Shown here in pieces: positions 1 to 12,276 of a stretch of 40,872 bases of DNA. The stretch lies in NCBI RefSeq assembly GCF_001186125.1, contig NW_014040244.1, forward strand, positions 48,936-89,807. Reading direction: 5' to 3'. The translations under genes and the position numbers were made by a program. The stretch's first letter is position 1, and each line of letters opens with the position of its first letter. Origin of the DNA: Sphaeroforma arctica JP610. Taxonomy: Eukaryota. The notes under the pieces were generated by a model. That model saw nothing but the letters and a program-made list of their open reading frames with translations. It did not search any database and was not told the DNA's origin.

Positions 1-10
1 TTTATATATA

Positions 11-42
<32 letters not shown>

Positions 43-572
43 AGTATACTTGTACTGAAATGTGTATCAATGTGCGAGTCTAATAGAATCGCATGCATAT
101 GCGTAAACTAAGTATACAATTAGCATACATGTTTTTAGGGTTAGCAACTTTCGTCAAACCCGTGGCGTAGAAGGTAGGTAGATACTGGGGGTTGGATGCT
201 ATGACTAACGTAGCCTTTCTAAATACGGATAAAGAAACCCCAAACAATCTTCAACTTGCAATGGGTGGCTTTGTGCACTACTCTCTACCACGAGGCGTCA
301 GTGTTGGGCATTCAATTGCACCACACTCTCTTTGCCGTGTTGTGGGTTCTATAACTACCTTCATCGGCATGTTTACATCTTTTACTAGCGTGTTTATATT
401 TACTCTCTTGTATGCGTACCTTATTTGGCATGTTTACATCATCAATCAGAGTATTTACCTTTACTCCCTCCATATCACCCCCTCGCCCACTCTGCGTGAC
501 CACTTTCTACTGTCTCCAACATAGACATCATCACTCACGGGATCGCTTGTAATGCAATCCTTTCCCGCGCAG

Positions 573-1710
573 TGTTGGTGAGTTTGTGGGCGCAGGCCGC
601 ATAGGGCTACAGGCGATGCGAGATAACAAGCACCGACTGGATGTGGTACAGGCCATGTGCAGGTGGTGATCGAATGCCTGTAGTAGTGTCAGTGTCTTGG
701 AGTATCTGCTATATGTGTCCGCTCGTGTGAGGCCAGATGTAGGTGGGTCCAGGACTGATAACTGTAATTGTTTTGTATAATATTTGGTATTCTTTTTTTT
801 GAATTCTGTACATGCGAGATCATCTGCAGTTGAAAAGTGGTTTGAGGTACATTTAAAACTTGTTCCAGTGTCTGGCTTCCATACGTTACAGTGTGGATTT
901 GCCCGGACTTGTACATGCGAGGCCATGAGCAGGTGAAAAGTGGTCTGATAAACTTGGACCAGATTATGATACTGTCTGTCATTCACCATATCCGCGGTTA
1001 TGTATGCCTACCCATGATTACTGCTGTATGCCTACCCATGATTACTGCACACGTGAGCTCATATGCGGACTGTTGAACAGTTGTAGTAGTATCAGCAGTA
1101 CACCCGCGATTTTGTTCCAGTGCCTATGCTTCTCGGGTTTGGTATAGTTGCGACTCTGCATGCGACCGACGCTAATTGAACACCCTTGTACTTGTTAGCA
1201 CTTATAACTCGTGTACCGAACTGTGCGCAACGGAAGACTGCAGTGGAGACCACACAGTAGAATGGACTGCGAAATGGCTTATAAAGTGGCTGTGTTATTA
1301 CACTCATTAGCTGTCTAAGTTGTAGGTACGGTATCTAATGTCTAGGTGGTATGTATGAAGTCTGGGGGAACTCCGTTTCAACACCATTCACAAATCCATG
1401 TTATTTGGTGACGGGTGCGGTTACTACCGTTAAGGCGTTAGATACCGAACTGTATGCATCCGTCTATCTGCGTGCATGTTATAACTTAACCCACACTAAC
1501 ACCAGATTATTACTGTGCGCATACATTAACAGATACTGCGAAGAGAAGCAGTGCGATGGTTCTGTGGGCTATGGATCTCATCCTGATACGGATGGACACG
1601 TGACACTGGACGCTATGGTTATGGATGGGCCAGGCGTGAGAGTAGGTAGTGTGGGTGCCCTGTACGGCGTCCGAAACGCCATTGGGGTTGCAAGGTGTGT
1701 CGATACAAGA

Positions 1711-1743
<33 letters not shown>

Positions 1744-2286
1744 CGCATGTATATATACGAATGTATATAACCGTATGTATATATACGTATGTATGCACAG
1801 ATTTGGCTATTGACTATATAAATGTATACACGGATTGTATCACAGGCTAATTTGTATACACATATGTATGTACTGAATCATCGTACACGTAGATAGTAAA
1901 GTTCTATTAACGAGTCTGGAACGGTGCAAAGAATTCAATACCTACCGCGTACTTTTGGATTCGCAAATTGGAAACGAACCCTGACAGGTGGAAGCTTAGC
2001 GAATCTTCCCCTTAGCAACTAAGCAGCTACAACTAGGTTGTTGTGGTGTCTCTAATGAAGACACTTATACTCTAGCTTCCTTATGATGTGTATAGTTCTA
2101 CCACTGTCCATCTCTATACGTGCATTCTCGTCGATATAAAATCTGCATTGTGGCATAGATTGTACGAGTGCATCTTTGTTTGACACAGACATTCTTGTTT
2201 CCTTGTTTTCATGGGTAGGCTGCAGCCATTCGTCATAGATAATAAATTATGTAGTATACAATTTTACTCACTACTTACGCATATAA

Positions 2287-2323
<37 letters not shown>

Positions 2324-2566
2324 TCTTAGGTAGTTTAACGGTAGAACTTTGAGCTGTTAACTCAAACAATGTAGGTTCAAATTTTACCCTAAGAGATTAG
2401 TGATTACACTTTTAGCGGATGAAGCTCCCTAGCTTTTTAAGTGCGGGAGTTTAACTGACAATACTAGGTAGTAACAACTATTTACCTTTTCTAAGAGCAT
2501 GTTTTAGGTGTATGTATATAGCTCCAACTATAGGTATAACTATGGCTCTAATTGTAAATATAAGTC

Positions 2567-2625
<59 letters not shown>

Positions 2626-2639
2626 GTATATATATATAT

Positions 2640-2699
<60 letters not shown>

Positions 2700-2713
2700 A
2701 TATACATATACAT

Positions 2714-2744
<31 letters not shown>

Positions 2745-2754
2745 CATATATATA

Positions 2755-2826
<72 letters not shown>

Positions 2827-5800
2827 CTCTGTGTATTCATACCTGTCTATACGTACACACCCTTCAGGGCAGTCATGGAGCACACTAGGCACTCTTTACT
2901 TGTGGGGTCGGGCGCCAAAAGGTTCGCGCGAATGATGGGTTTTGAAAAAAAGTCAACAGGTAGGCTTAAGTATATTATATGACTCAATGAATATACTTCT
3001 CTGTATTTATATCGTATAAGGTTGTATTTTGGGGCTATAATATAGAAAGTGACGCTATTGCCATTCATATTAGATGTAAAAATTCTAATATACTACTTCG
3101 ATGTAAACGTCTTGTATCTCTAATATATAGAATGTCCGCTAAGGATACACTAAAGAGACTTACAATGTTGTATGAAACAGTGTGCTCGAATGAATACATG
3201 ATTTAAGTGCTGTATGTGCTACCCTCATATGCGTACGATTCACTGAACGTTTTCCAGCCCGTCACCATACAGAGCCATTTAGTTTACCCGCGACTTCTCT
3301 CTAACACATACGCTACGCCTCGCTTGTTTGCTTGCCACAGAGACTTCGGCGTCTACGGGTCAGTTCCTCGACTGGATGGACAAGCGGTGTCAACCCAACT
3401 TCTACATCAATATGCAGGGTGAGTCCTTAATACAGAAAAACGAATCAAGAACCAGTGCACAAAAGCCTTGGATTCATATCATGCGAGGGTCAAGACTTGG
3501 ATACATTCATGGGTTTAACACCAGCTTAGAGTCACTCGAGATTCCGGAAATCACGCATCGGCCTGGTACAGATTGTTGACGTGCTTGTGTCGACATGCCC
3601 ACTGTCTACTATATTTACGCATACTCATACGAGGGCGCACTACCGGACTAATAATGCGCTTTTCCACGCACCTGCACTACACTAACTAATACACTATTTC
3701 ATACGCACACGCACATGCACACGCACTTGACAAGTACTAGATGACGCAGGTATGGCACCGAAGGGTTCATCTGGGTCATATATACGCAACCGGCCATCTG
3801 CTAGTAGTGTGGAGCACTAACAGATACATTATTTCATACGCACACGCACATGCACACATACGCACTTGATAACCACTAGGTAACGCACAGCAATGGTCGT
3901 GTGGGCCATACACACCCAACCAGCCATCTGCAAATAGTCTAGAGCAAATACTGAGTATCGTGGCGACTGACCTGACTGTGGCAGAGGATAAACCAGAAGA
4001 GACGCGTGATGTGGCGGTTTCCGGACACGATACGATAGCTGCTGTATGTAGATGAGAAGTGCACGCGTACACACGCACAAGAGTACTGCGTTCCGTTAAT
4101 GCACGGCTTCGTGGGATCTCCGGTGTTGTTAGTGCATTCCGAGGAGCTGGCGGTACCTTCCGTTTTTGTACATGAATTTAGCAACACGTTCTTCCTTTGT
4201 CCTTCTGTACCTACACATGGGCACATGCTTTGTCTGCAAAGCATCTGATCTGCCGCACCCTCGTAGCATAACATTGGTAGTTTCAGCCATATAATTTATT
4301 AGTAGTTTTGGTAGCATTTGCCATATAACTCATTGGTTGCTTTAGCCATTTAACTTATTGGTAGCTTTTTCCATATATCTTGTTGGCAGCTTTTTCTAAT
4401 ACTAAAATATTGGTAACTTTAGTCAGATAATAGATTGGTAGCTTTAGCCATCTAACTTTGGTAGCTTTAGTCATATATCATATTGATAGATTTCGCATAT
4501 AAATCACTGGTAGCGTTAGTCAGAGAACGTGTTGGTAGCTTTAGCCATGTAACATATTGATAGCTTTAGCATAAACATATTGGTGGCTTTAGCCATATAA
4601 CATATTGGTAGCTTTAGCATATACCATTGTGGTAGGGTTCTATATCTGAAATATCTGGAATATTCACCATCGTATTGTGTTGTATCTATATACAGATCAC
4701 CTTGGATGCTGAGGGCCATCTCGCGTGCGCAACAACGACCAATGGTCCAGGGCATAAGGTGGCTGGTCGTGTGGGGGATTCGCCTATTGCTGGCTCGGGT
4801 TGCTATGTAGAGGAGGGCGCCGGTATGTCTAACGCGAACGTATGAGACGATTGGATGTAGTTGCGATGGTAAATCCATCGCGTGTCTGTAATTTTTTTGG
4901 GTGTGTGTGTATGGTTGTCAGTCCGGGGGTGTGTGAGATGAGCAAGAGCAAATAGGTGGCTGTGTAGAAGGGTGCGCTGGTGTGTCGTACGTGAACGTAT
5001 GCGGGGATGAGTTATAACCAAATTGCAATGGTTGCAACTGAATGCAAACATATCGCGTGTCTGTGATTGTATGTATCTGGGTACCTGTCGTGTACGAGAT
5101 GAGCAAACTGCTTCGGGTTTCTATGTAGAAGCCGGCGCTGTACGTCCTACTCGGACGCGTGTGATTTTTGGTTGCTATCTGAATAGAGTGCGTTCCCGTA
5201 TCTTGTATGTTTTAGGGTCTAGGGTTCGAAATCGAGTTTTAATGTTTTAGCTAAAACCCTATATCGGCCAAGAGGTGGCAGGGAGTGCCAGATATTTGTT
5301 AGGTGCTGGTTTGGTATGCTGTATATGCGAGGGTGTTGATATAATAAGTGATTACTATCGCCTGCGGGCACACCTGCAACCGTGGATGTGGATGTAGTAT
5401 GAACTCAGAATTGAGAAAGTATTTGGTCCCATATTTGTCCCAGTTTTTGAAACTTCTGAGTATGTGCCTGTGTAGGTGGTGCAGGGGCGACGGGTGATGG
5501 CGATGTCATGTTGCGCTTCCTGCCCAGTTTTCATGCGGTACAGTTAATGAAACACGGAGCGTCACCCACTGAGGCATGTGAACAGGCTTTGAAGAAAATT
5601 GGCCATGTATATCCGGACTTTAGTGGTATGTAGAAATTATTTTCTCGAACTCCTGTGGTCGTTCGCACTGCTATCTATTGAGTGTTGTGTTTCAGCCTTT
5701 TAGCTATTGGTTCAATTTGCGGTTATGCTTTTGATCGTTTGATGCTCAGATCAACAATCGAATGACAGGGTGAGTCGGAGTTCTATAGAAATTCACTGCC

Positions 5801-6653
5801 GAAAAATGCAAAGGTCGACATTATTTTCATGTGTATTTATCTAGACACACATCCGCTTGTCATAAACATGCTTGCCGTTGGATGTTTATGAATACAACAA
5901 AATCAGTAGGTTGTTCACCAATAGATACTTCAATCGCTACAACCACACACTTGTTTAACGATACATCATATACAATATTTGGCGGATAAAACTATGACGA
6001 AAGTAGTTTGTTCACATATAGAGTAGTTTGCTCGCCACACTTGCAATAGATTACATGACTTTTTCACGACAGATACAAATTCAATAGTTTGTTAATTAGT
6101 AATTGTTTCTCGTACGTTGAAACAGCATCCGGTGTAGTTTCAGTAGCGTTCGGTGTAAAATCTCATTATAAGTGTTTTCATATCTTTTTGTTTTATGTCT
6201 TTTTGTGGTGGTATGTCTTTATGGTATCCTAAACAAATGATTGTTTGGCGTGAGTTTTATCATCACTATTGACCAAATTTGGCATTTTCCATCTGTGGAA
6301 GAATCGCTGGTATAGTTATGGCCTCGATCGATGATCCTACTTTGTCTATCCCTCTCGATTCTAAGGCACAGAAATGTGTGGCAGTACATAAGCGTTTAAA
6401 AATCATGAATAGTATGATACGTCCGAGCTCCAGATCTAGATCATGTTCGATACCGACAAACACTTTACTGACGCCATCATTGACTTACATCTGGACAGGT
6501 GGCATGGTCTGTGTCAACAAACAAGGTGAAATAGGCGCTGCTTCGCACAACATGAATTTTCAGTACACAACCGCAACCCTTGGCGATGAGGACCCCACGG
6601 TCGTTCATGTACCAAACCTATTGTCGGCCATGGAGCTCTTAGAGGCACACTGA
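573..6653 (+). CDS. AGA: Glycosylasparaginase / N(4)-(beta-N-acetylglucosaminyl)-L-asparaginase (Ntn hydrolase), exons 3-10
   Basis: The exons are 573-662, 1533-1694, 2868-2959, 3341-3418, 3880-4043, 4696-4822, 5476-5625 and 6499-6653. All are AG/GT bounded and phase-compatible. The translation contains [58 protein letters not shown], the autocleavage/nucleophile motif [23 protein letters not shown] and [18 protein letters not shown], all characteristic of AGA. Confidence 0.95.
1001..1048. repeat. Perfect 24-bp tandem duplication
   Basis: TGTATGCCTACCCATGATTACTGC occurs twice in tandem. Confidence 0.9.
2324..2395 (+). tRNA. trnN: tRNA-Asn(GTT)-like gene, AT-rich (organelle-type or pseudo-tRNA), inside an AGA intron
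   Basis: It folds as a full cloverleaf: acceptor TCTTAGG/CCTAAGA with discriminator G, D stem GTTT/GAAC, anticodon stem TTGAG/CTCAA with loop CTGTTAA, and T stem GTAGG/TTTAC (two G-U pairs) with loop TTCAAAT. Confidence 0.8.
2566..2823. repeat. (TA)n/(TG)n compound microsatellite
   Basis: Directly visible. Similar tracts lie at 1-42, 1711-1790, 2281-2321, 22010-22400 and 38540-38670. Confidence 0.95.
4270..4640. repeat. Degenerate intronic minisatellite of about 27 bp
   Basis: The core ATTGGTAGCTTTAGCCATATA recurs in roughly a dozen diverged copies. Confidence 0.85.
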
Positions 6654-7111
6654 AACAGCTAGCAATCAATCGGAGGTAGGTTTATATATAAGATGCCAGT
6701 CGAAGTAGTGGTGGGTAATACGACTCAAAACTATGTCAGAGAAGGTTTCAAAGATACAAAATAGGTTAGGATGTGTGTTTTACGGGGTGTAGCTGTAACA
6801 CTCGATGTGTCTACCTGGCAAAGCATATAAAGTTAGAATTAATGAAATCAGTCTGAAACCTCACTTTTGCCTGAAACCCCATCTTCGTTTATTTCTATCT
6901 GTAGTACATTTGATATATTTCGATATTTTATTATAATACATATAAAATATGTACTTTACACCTAAAATTTACATATATATTATGTACTATTGTGCTTATT
7001 TATGAGATATTGTATTAGGTGCTTCGGAAATATTGCTATGAGCCTACGAAGTACCTATATTTACGCGAGAACATTTTTGTAGCCTCGTGAACATACTGCA
7101 CTTCTATTGAA

Positions 7112-7218
7112 TGGCAAACCTATATTGGATTCTGGCGACCTTGTTTTGGCAAACCTATATTGGATTCTGGCGACCTTGTTTTGGCAAACCTATATTGGAT
7201 TCTGGCGACCTTGTTTTG
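7112..7218. repeat. 35-bp perfect tandem repeat, three copies
   Basis: TGGCAAACCTATATTGGATTCTGGCGACCTTGTTT occurs three times with no spacers. Confidence 0.95.
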
Positions 7219-10200
7219 ATTCTTCCATTAGTTAAGGACAATTATTCAGCCTCAACAATAGTAATCGAAGTCGCTTACGCTTACAATTAGTAGATTGTGT
7301 AGTTTATATTTGGGAACACTTGAAAAGTGTAAATAACAGTCAGTTGGCCTCTCCGGCATTCACGCAACTTTGAAAGCTTAACTGTACTGAGTAACTGTTC
7401 TTGAACAGCGAAGTTGGTGGCATGCTTAGAACAACACTTTCTTTTATTAACTAAATTTAGTCATGGCTATTTCTTTATGTACAGCTTGATTCAGCCACAC
7501 AAAGTCTGCGGATCTTCGGCACGCCTTAACAAATGTTTCATTGAAATTCTATAGTTCCGTAGAAAAGTTGCAAAAGTTCATACTCTTTAGAAGATAAAGT
7601 TTTCATGGATGTTGGCCTTCTATTCAAAACAAATAATTAAAGTCGTTACCATTCGGTGTGGCGCATGTATCAAATCATTGTGCGCAAGTTCTGAAAGATG
7701 AACGAGACGATGGCACGAATACCAGCTTCAGCTGCACGACTTTGCGTATTGTGAATCTATATCCTGGTGAATCTATATCCTGGAGTCATTTGGCGCATGG
7801 TATTCATGCTTTGCAAACTTTTGATTGCACAGTCGTAGCTACGGTATAAACCGATTTTGCTCTTGCGGTCTAGCTGTCCTTTTGGGTAAAATTTGTCAGC
7901 ATACTGAATATTGCTAGGTTGTGGATAATAAATCAATGGCTATTCCTTGTAAGTGAAGCGCTTCAGGAGTTCTGACTTTCAATCTCCAACCTTCCGGAAG
8001 ACATGCTTGTCTATTTGGTTTAGTATTTGAGGACTGAACAATACTCGAGGATAAAATTTTACCTCGAGGACGTGAAGCGTATTGCCTCTTTTCAGGTATC
8101 AGTAGTGTCCAATATCAGCATGGCGAATGCGCGAGAGAACAAAACAAAAAATCGGGTAAATAACGAAGGTTCTCTACGACTATGAGTTAAAGTCTTCTTG
8201 AGCCAACCTATCCAAACATTAAATAAAGCGATACGTATGCAGACCCATTGTTATAATTTGACTTTAAAATATATGAAACTAGACAACCAAGATGTCTTAG
8301 GTCTCTTGATGACAACAGCTACTTTTTTTGTGCTTTGTTAGTTAAAATCTATATCAAGTTGATGCGGTATAGCCCTTCGTGCTTACAAAACAAATTATTT
8401 TTATCTTGTTGTCCGCACTTGCCGTGGCTCCATTTTTGATTATATAGCAGTGCATAGCGATGATTTTTTTATTTGTGAATAAGGGAGAAAATCGCTTTGA
8501 TTGATCAATTATGCGTGAACGCAAATGAGTCGCTTGCTAAATATCATGAAGATGCACGAATTCACGATCCTATGTAAAACGCCATACTACATGAGCCCCT
8601 AATATTAAAATCTGCAAATGGAAGTTGTATATTAAACAAAATGTAGCAGAAATCAAGACAATTCTATATTCGATCGAAATGACCATCTAAATTTTTACGC
8701 GTTGCACAAAGTTACCTGATTTCAAAAGCGATGCAGCTACAAGTCAAATAGATGAACCAATTCACATTGCCTAAGTATATGAAAATACCCAATCGCGAGC
8801 TTGAAATCGAAGCCACAAACAAATTAGTCGCAGCACTAAAGAACGAATACTCAAAGAATCCGCAAAGAAACGTCTGCATGGAGAAAACCGATGATCAAAG
8901 TAAGTCATCGGCTGCTGGTCAGATAGAAAGACCGCAACTATACCGAAGTGATAAATTTGGAGGAAATACTCTAAAATGTATATATATATGGCCTACATGA
9001 GAAAGTCACTAAATGCACGTACAGATTTACGGGTACGTTTTCTAATAACCCAATTAAATTCGCTAAATGGGATATTCATTGCCTTTATCAAACCTTTTCA
9101 AATAAAGTTTAAAAAGTAAATTTTAATAAAAGTATAATAGATATATGCAATTTCATATAGGGATAATATTATTTATTTCAAAACAATTGTAAAAGATTAC
9201 CAGAATGGGTTTAACATGATTGAAGATTGTCACCAGATATGCGATGTTCGAAAAGTAATAGCCGGGCCTCCACATTAGACTCTTTTGTTATAAACGTACT
9301 CTTAAGTAGTACGTAAACTATAACGTACTCTTAATAGTACAAGGAACTTAAGTTTCCTAAATGGTTTTTAACGGTTTTATTAATTAGTACCTTTTCCATT
9401 TTACATATCAGATATTTGGACAAGGCCATTAAAAGGCCCCAGTAAAATACCAAATATAAGATTTGGTCTAGTTCTATTAATAAAACAATATTTACTTTCC
9501 AAATCTATTTATATCTGATTACTTCGGTAGCGAGATGGCTCAACCGAATATAGGTTTCTAGGGACTATTAACGTTACCTAGTTGATCCTCCGATCAGCCA
9601 ACCAGATATGCCAGTCTGATGAAGGCTAAGTCGGTAATTCTTGATAGTGGCAAGTTATTGGTTAAGACAATAACTAAGGACGTCTAGATTATTTTTCTTC
9701 TTTACATTTTTTTTCTAAAGATAGAATTTTATGAGTCTCTCGGATTCGCCCCAGTGAAACATACAATAGTTTCTAATAGAGCGACAACGAAACACAATAT
9801 AAAATCCCTTCGGCGGAAAGGGATTATATATAGGCAATGTNNNNNNNNNNNNNNNNNNNNATATCGATATTTACACGATATTTAGGATTTACCTACGCAT
9901 TTATTTATTCTAAGGCATTAGTATCGCCTTTATTAGACCGATTCTTACACATTTTACAGTTAGCAAAAGTATTAAATACTTAGATTACTTAACCGTAAAG
10001 GTAGATTATTTACCACAACATTTTTTTTTTCTCTTGTCTAAGCTAATCGATAAGATTAAAGCTAGTAGTCATTAGAGTTGAAAAGAAGAAGATGGAGAGG
10101 GAAGTTGCTAGCGCTGCCGTAGCTTTTCTGCTGCAAAAGCAACCAACGCCGCTGCTGATGATTTTAAGCGCACCGTAGCCAAAGTACTTGCCTCTGACAA

Positions 10201-11152
10201 TTATAGTCAAAAGGACAATGCTTCAGATAAGGAAGTAGCCACTCCGCGTAAGGAGACTACTCCTCTGACAGAGCCCGAGGGCCAACTATGGCCTCAACTT
10301 CAGAGCTTGCATTAACGAAGCCAAGACGTGACGTCGACAGGCAATTACGCCCAAAGACTCAGGCTCGACACCTGAGTCATATGATCCAGAGGTACACAGC
10401 GTCGATATACCGTACGAGGCATTACTGCCAGAAAAACAGGCTAATCATTCGCCTGTTCTGACAACCGGCTGTGAGTCACCTGTCCTCAAAGATATTATAG
10501 ACCGAGAGGTAAGGAGATATACTACGCCACTTATACCCAATTGGAAGGATACTCGTCGGAAACCAGTTAAGTCTGGGTATGTTATTCCGACGCCAAGGGA
10601 TATTAAATATCATCTATCCCGACTTACATGGGAACAGTTTTATGATACTGTATCCACTCTTTTTCCCGCACATCGAGTAACATCGAAGAGAAACCCGTCT
10701 GTTAAGAAGCCGCGGAAGCTCACCGATCACGGGTACGTATCCAGGCAGACCTCAAACGAGAGACCCCAACATACACGTGCTCGCGAATCCACTTTATCCA
10801 CGCGACCCAATAAACGGGCACGCGCAGGAGCGAAAGACATGGAACCTCCATTTAAGGAGATTAAGAAATGTGCCGACGCCCAGTGTGGATATGACATGTA
10901 CCAGTTAACCCCTATCGGTTATTGGAATGGTAGACATGCATCCACCTGTACACAAAGTGTGACAAGTGTGAGAAGACCAATGGTTATCACACTAAGTCTT
11001 GTGACCAAAAGCCCAACATAAGTTGGAGTGAGGGTACTACTAGGTACAATCGTTACACAGACAATACAACGACTCTTTGAGCGTGCAATAATCCCTGTAT
11101 ATTGCAATGGAAATAAAATCCTTGCGTTGATAGATCCTGGTTCAGAAATTTC

Positions 11153-12191
11153 ATGTATATCCGATCGCTTTGCATTATTTTAGCTGATAATAAAACTACT
11201 ATGTGTGATACCATGGCCACAGATGTTAAAATATCCCTGGCCGATGATAGGAGTGTTACTACTCAAGCTGTGATAGTTAAGATGTCACAGAAGTACGACA
11301 TTATAGTCGGAATGAGTGATTTACTCACTCTAGGTATAACCGTAACTGGTCTACCAACTAACATAGATACATTAAAAGATCAATCAGACGATAACGGTTT
11401 GAATCCATATAAGCCCCCGTCAGACACAGTCAAGGCATTAATACCTGACTTTGCGAACAAAATCATGGATCTGATTCTTTTTAATAAGAAAATAAAGATC
11501 ACAGATTGGGCAAAATTCCGCTTTAACGACGGATATGTCAGCCTTGATATAACCAAGGTAGACTTTACACAGTTAAAGTGCCCTTCAAGGAACTATTTAT
11601 CCTGGAGACACGAGGCTGTTGAAAAAGAACGAGTTGAGAAATGGCTAGCAGATGGTGTGATAGAAATTACCTATCAACAAACGCCAGTTAACTTGGCCCT
11701 GCTAGTCGTAGACCAACATAACTCTGACGGATCGTTTAAGAATGTCAGAGTATGTTTAGATATGAGTCCAATAAATAAATTATTGCCGACTCATAGCTTT
11801 CCCTTACCTCGTATTAACGAGCTACTGCGAAGGATAGAAGGTGCTACAGTGTTTACAACTATAGACCTTACACAAGGATTCCATCAAATGCAGGTATATG
11901 AACCCCACCGTAAATACTTTAGCTTTACGTGGAAAGGCAAACAATACCGGTTCAGAGGTGCACCCTTCGGGTTACNNNNNNNNNNNNNNNNNNNNATAGA
12001 TGACATATTCATCTTGGCGAGGAGTCCTTAAGAGATTCAATGAGAAAAGCTTCAAGATTAACGAGAAGAAATTCCACTTCGCAATGAGCGAAATACAGCT
12101 CTTAGGCTACCATATATCTGGGGAAGGTATTAAAAACGACCTCTGTGAGGTACTACAGGAAGAGATGTTAACAGCATGTGTGGGTTTGTAA
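11153..12191 (+). pseudogene. Ty3/Gypsy pol, reverse transcriptase portion (disrupted)
   Basis: ORFs 11153-12031 and 12000-12191 carry RT motifs, including KKFHFAMSEIQLLGYHISGEGIK, split by a frameshift and the gap. Confidence 0.88.
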
Positions 12192-12276
12192 ACTTCTTTA
12201 CAGATGGAGTACCACACTTAGCTGACTATATTAAACCTTTTGGACACTAAGATGTCATAAAGGCAAACTATGAGAC

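Noticed and set aside
192..524. 110-aa hydrophobic ORF as the AGA or SLC35 first exon
   Set aside because: It has a non-ATG start and no family motif. A phase-compatible AGA N-terminus exists at 39871-40859.
2508..2935. YIYIYI/VCVC ORFs (also 21940-22410, 37285-38064 across the gap, and 38337-39876)
   Set aside because: These are translations of dinucleotide microsatellites or N runs. Only the embedded true exons were kept.
7112..7218. CRISPR-like 35-bp repeats
   Set aside because: The units are contiguous with no spacers, there are no cas genes, and the context is eukaryotic.
9611..9660. Hammerhead ribozyme core (CTGATGAAGGCT...)
   Set aside because: There is no GAAA after a closed stem II, and stems I and III cannot be built. 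The same applies to CTAATGAAGACAC at about 2052.
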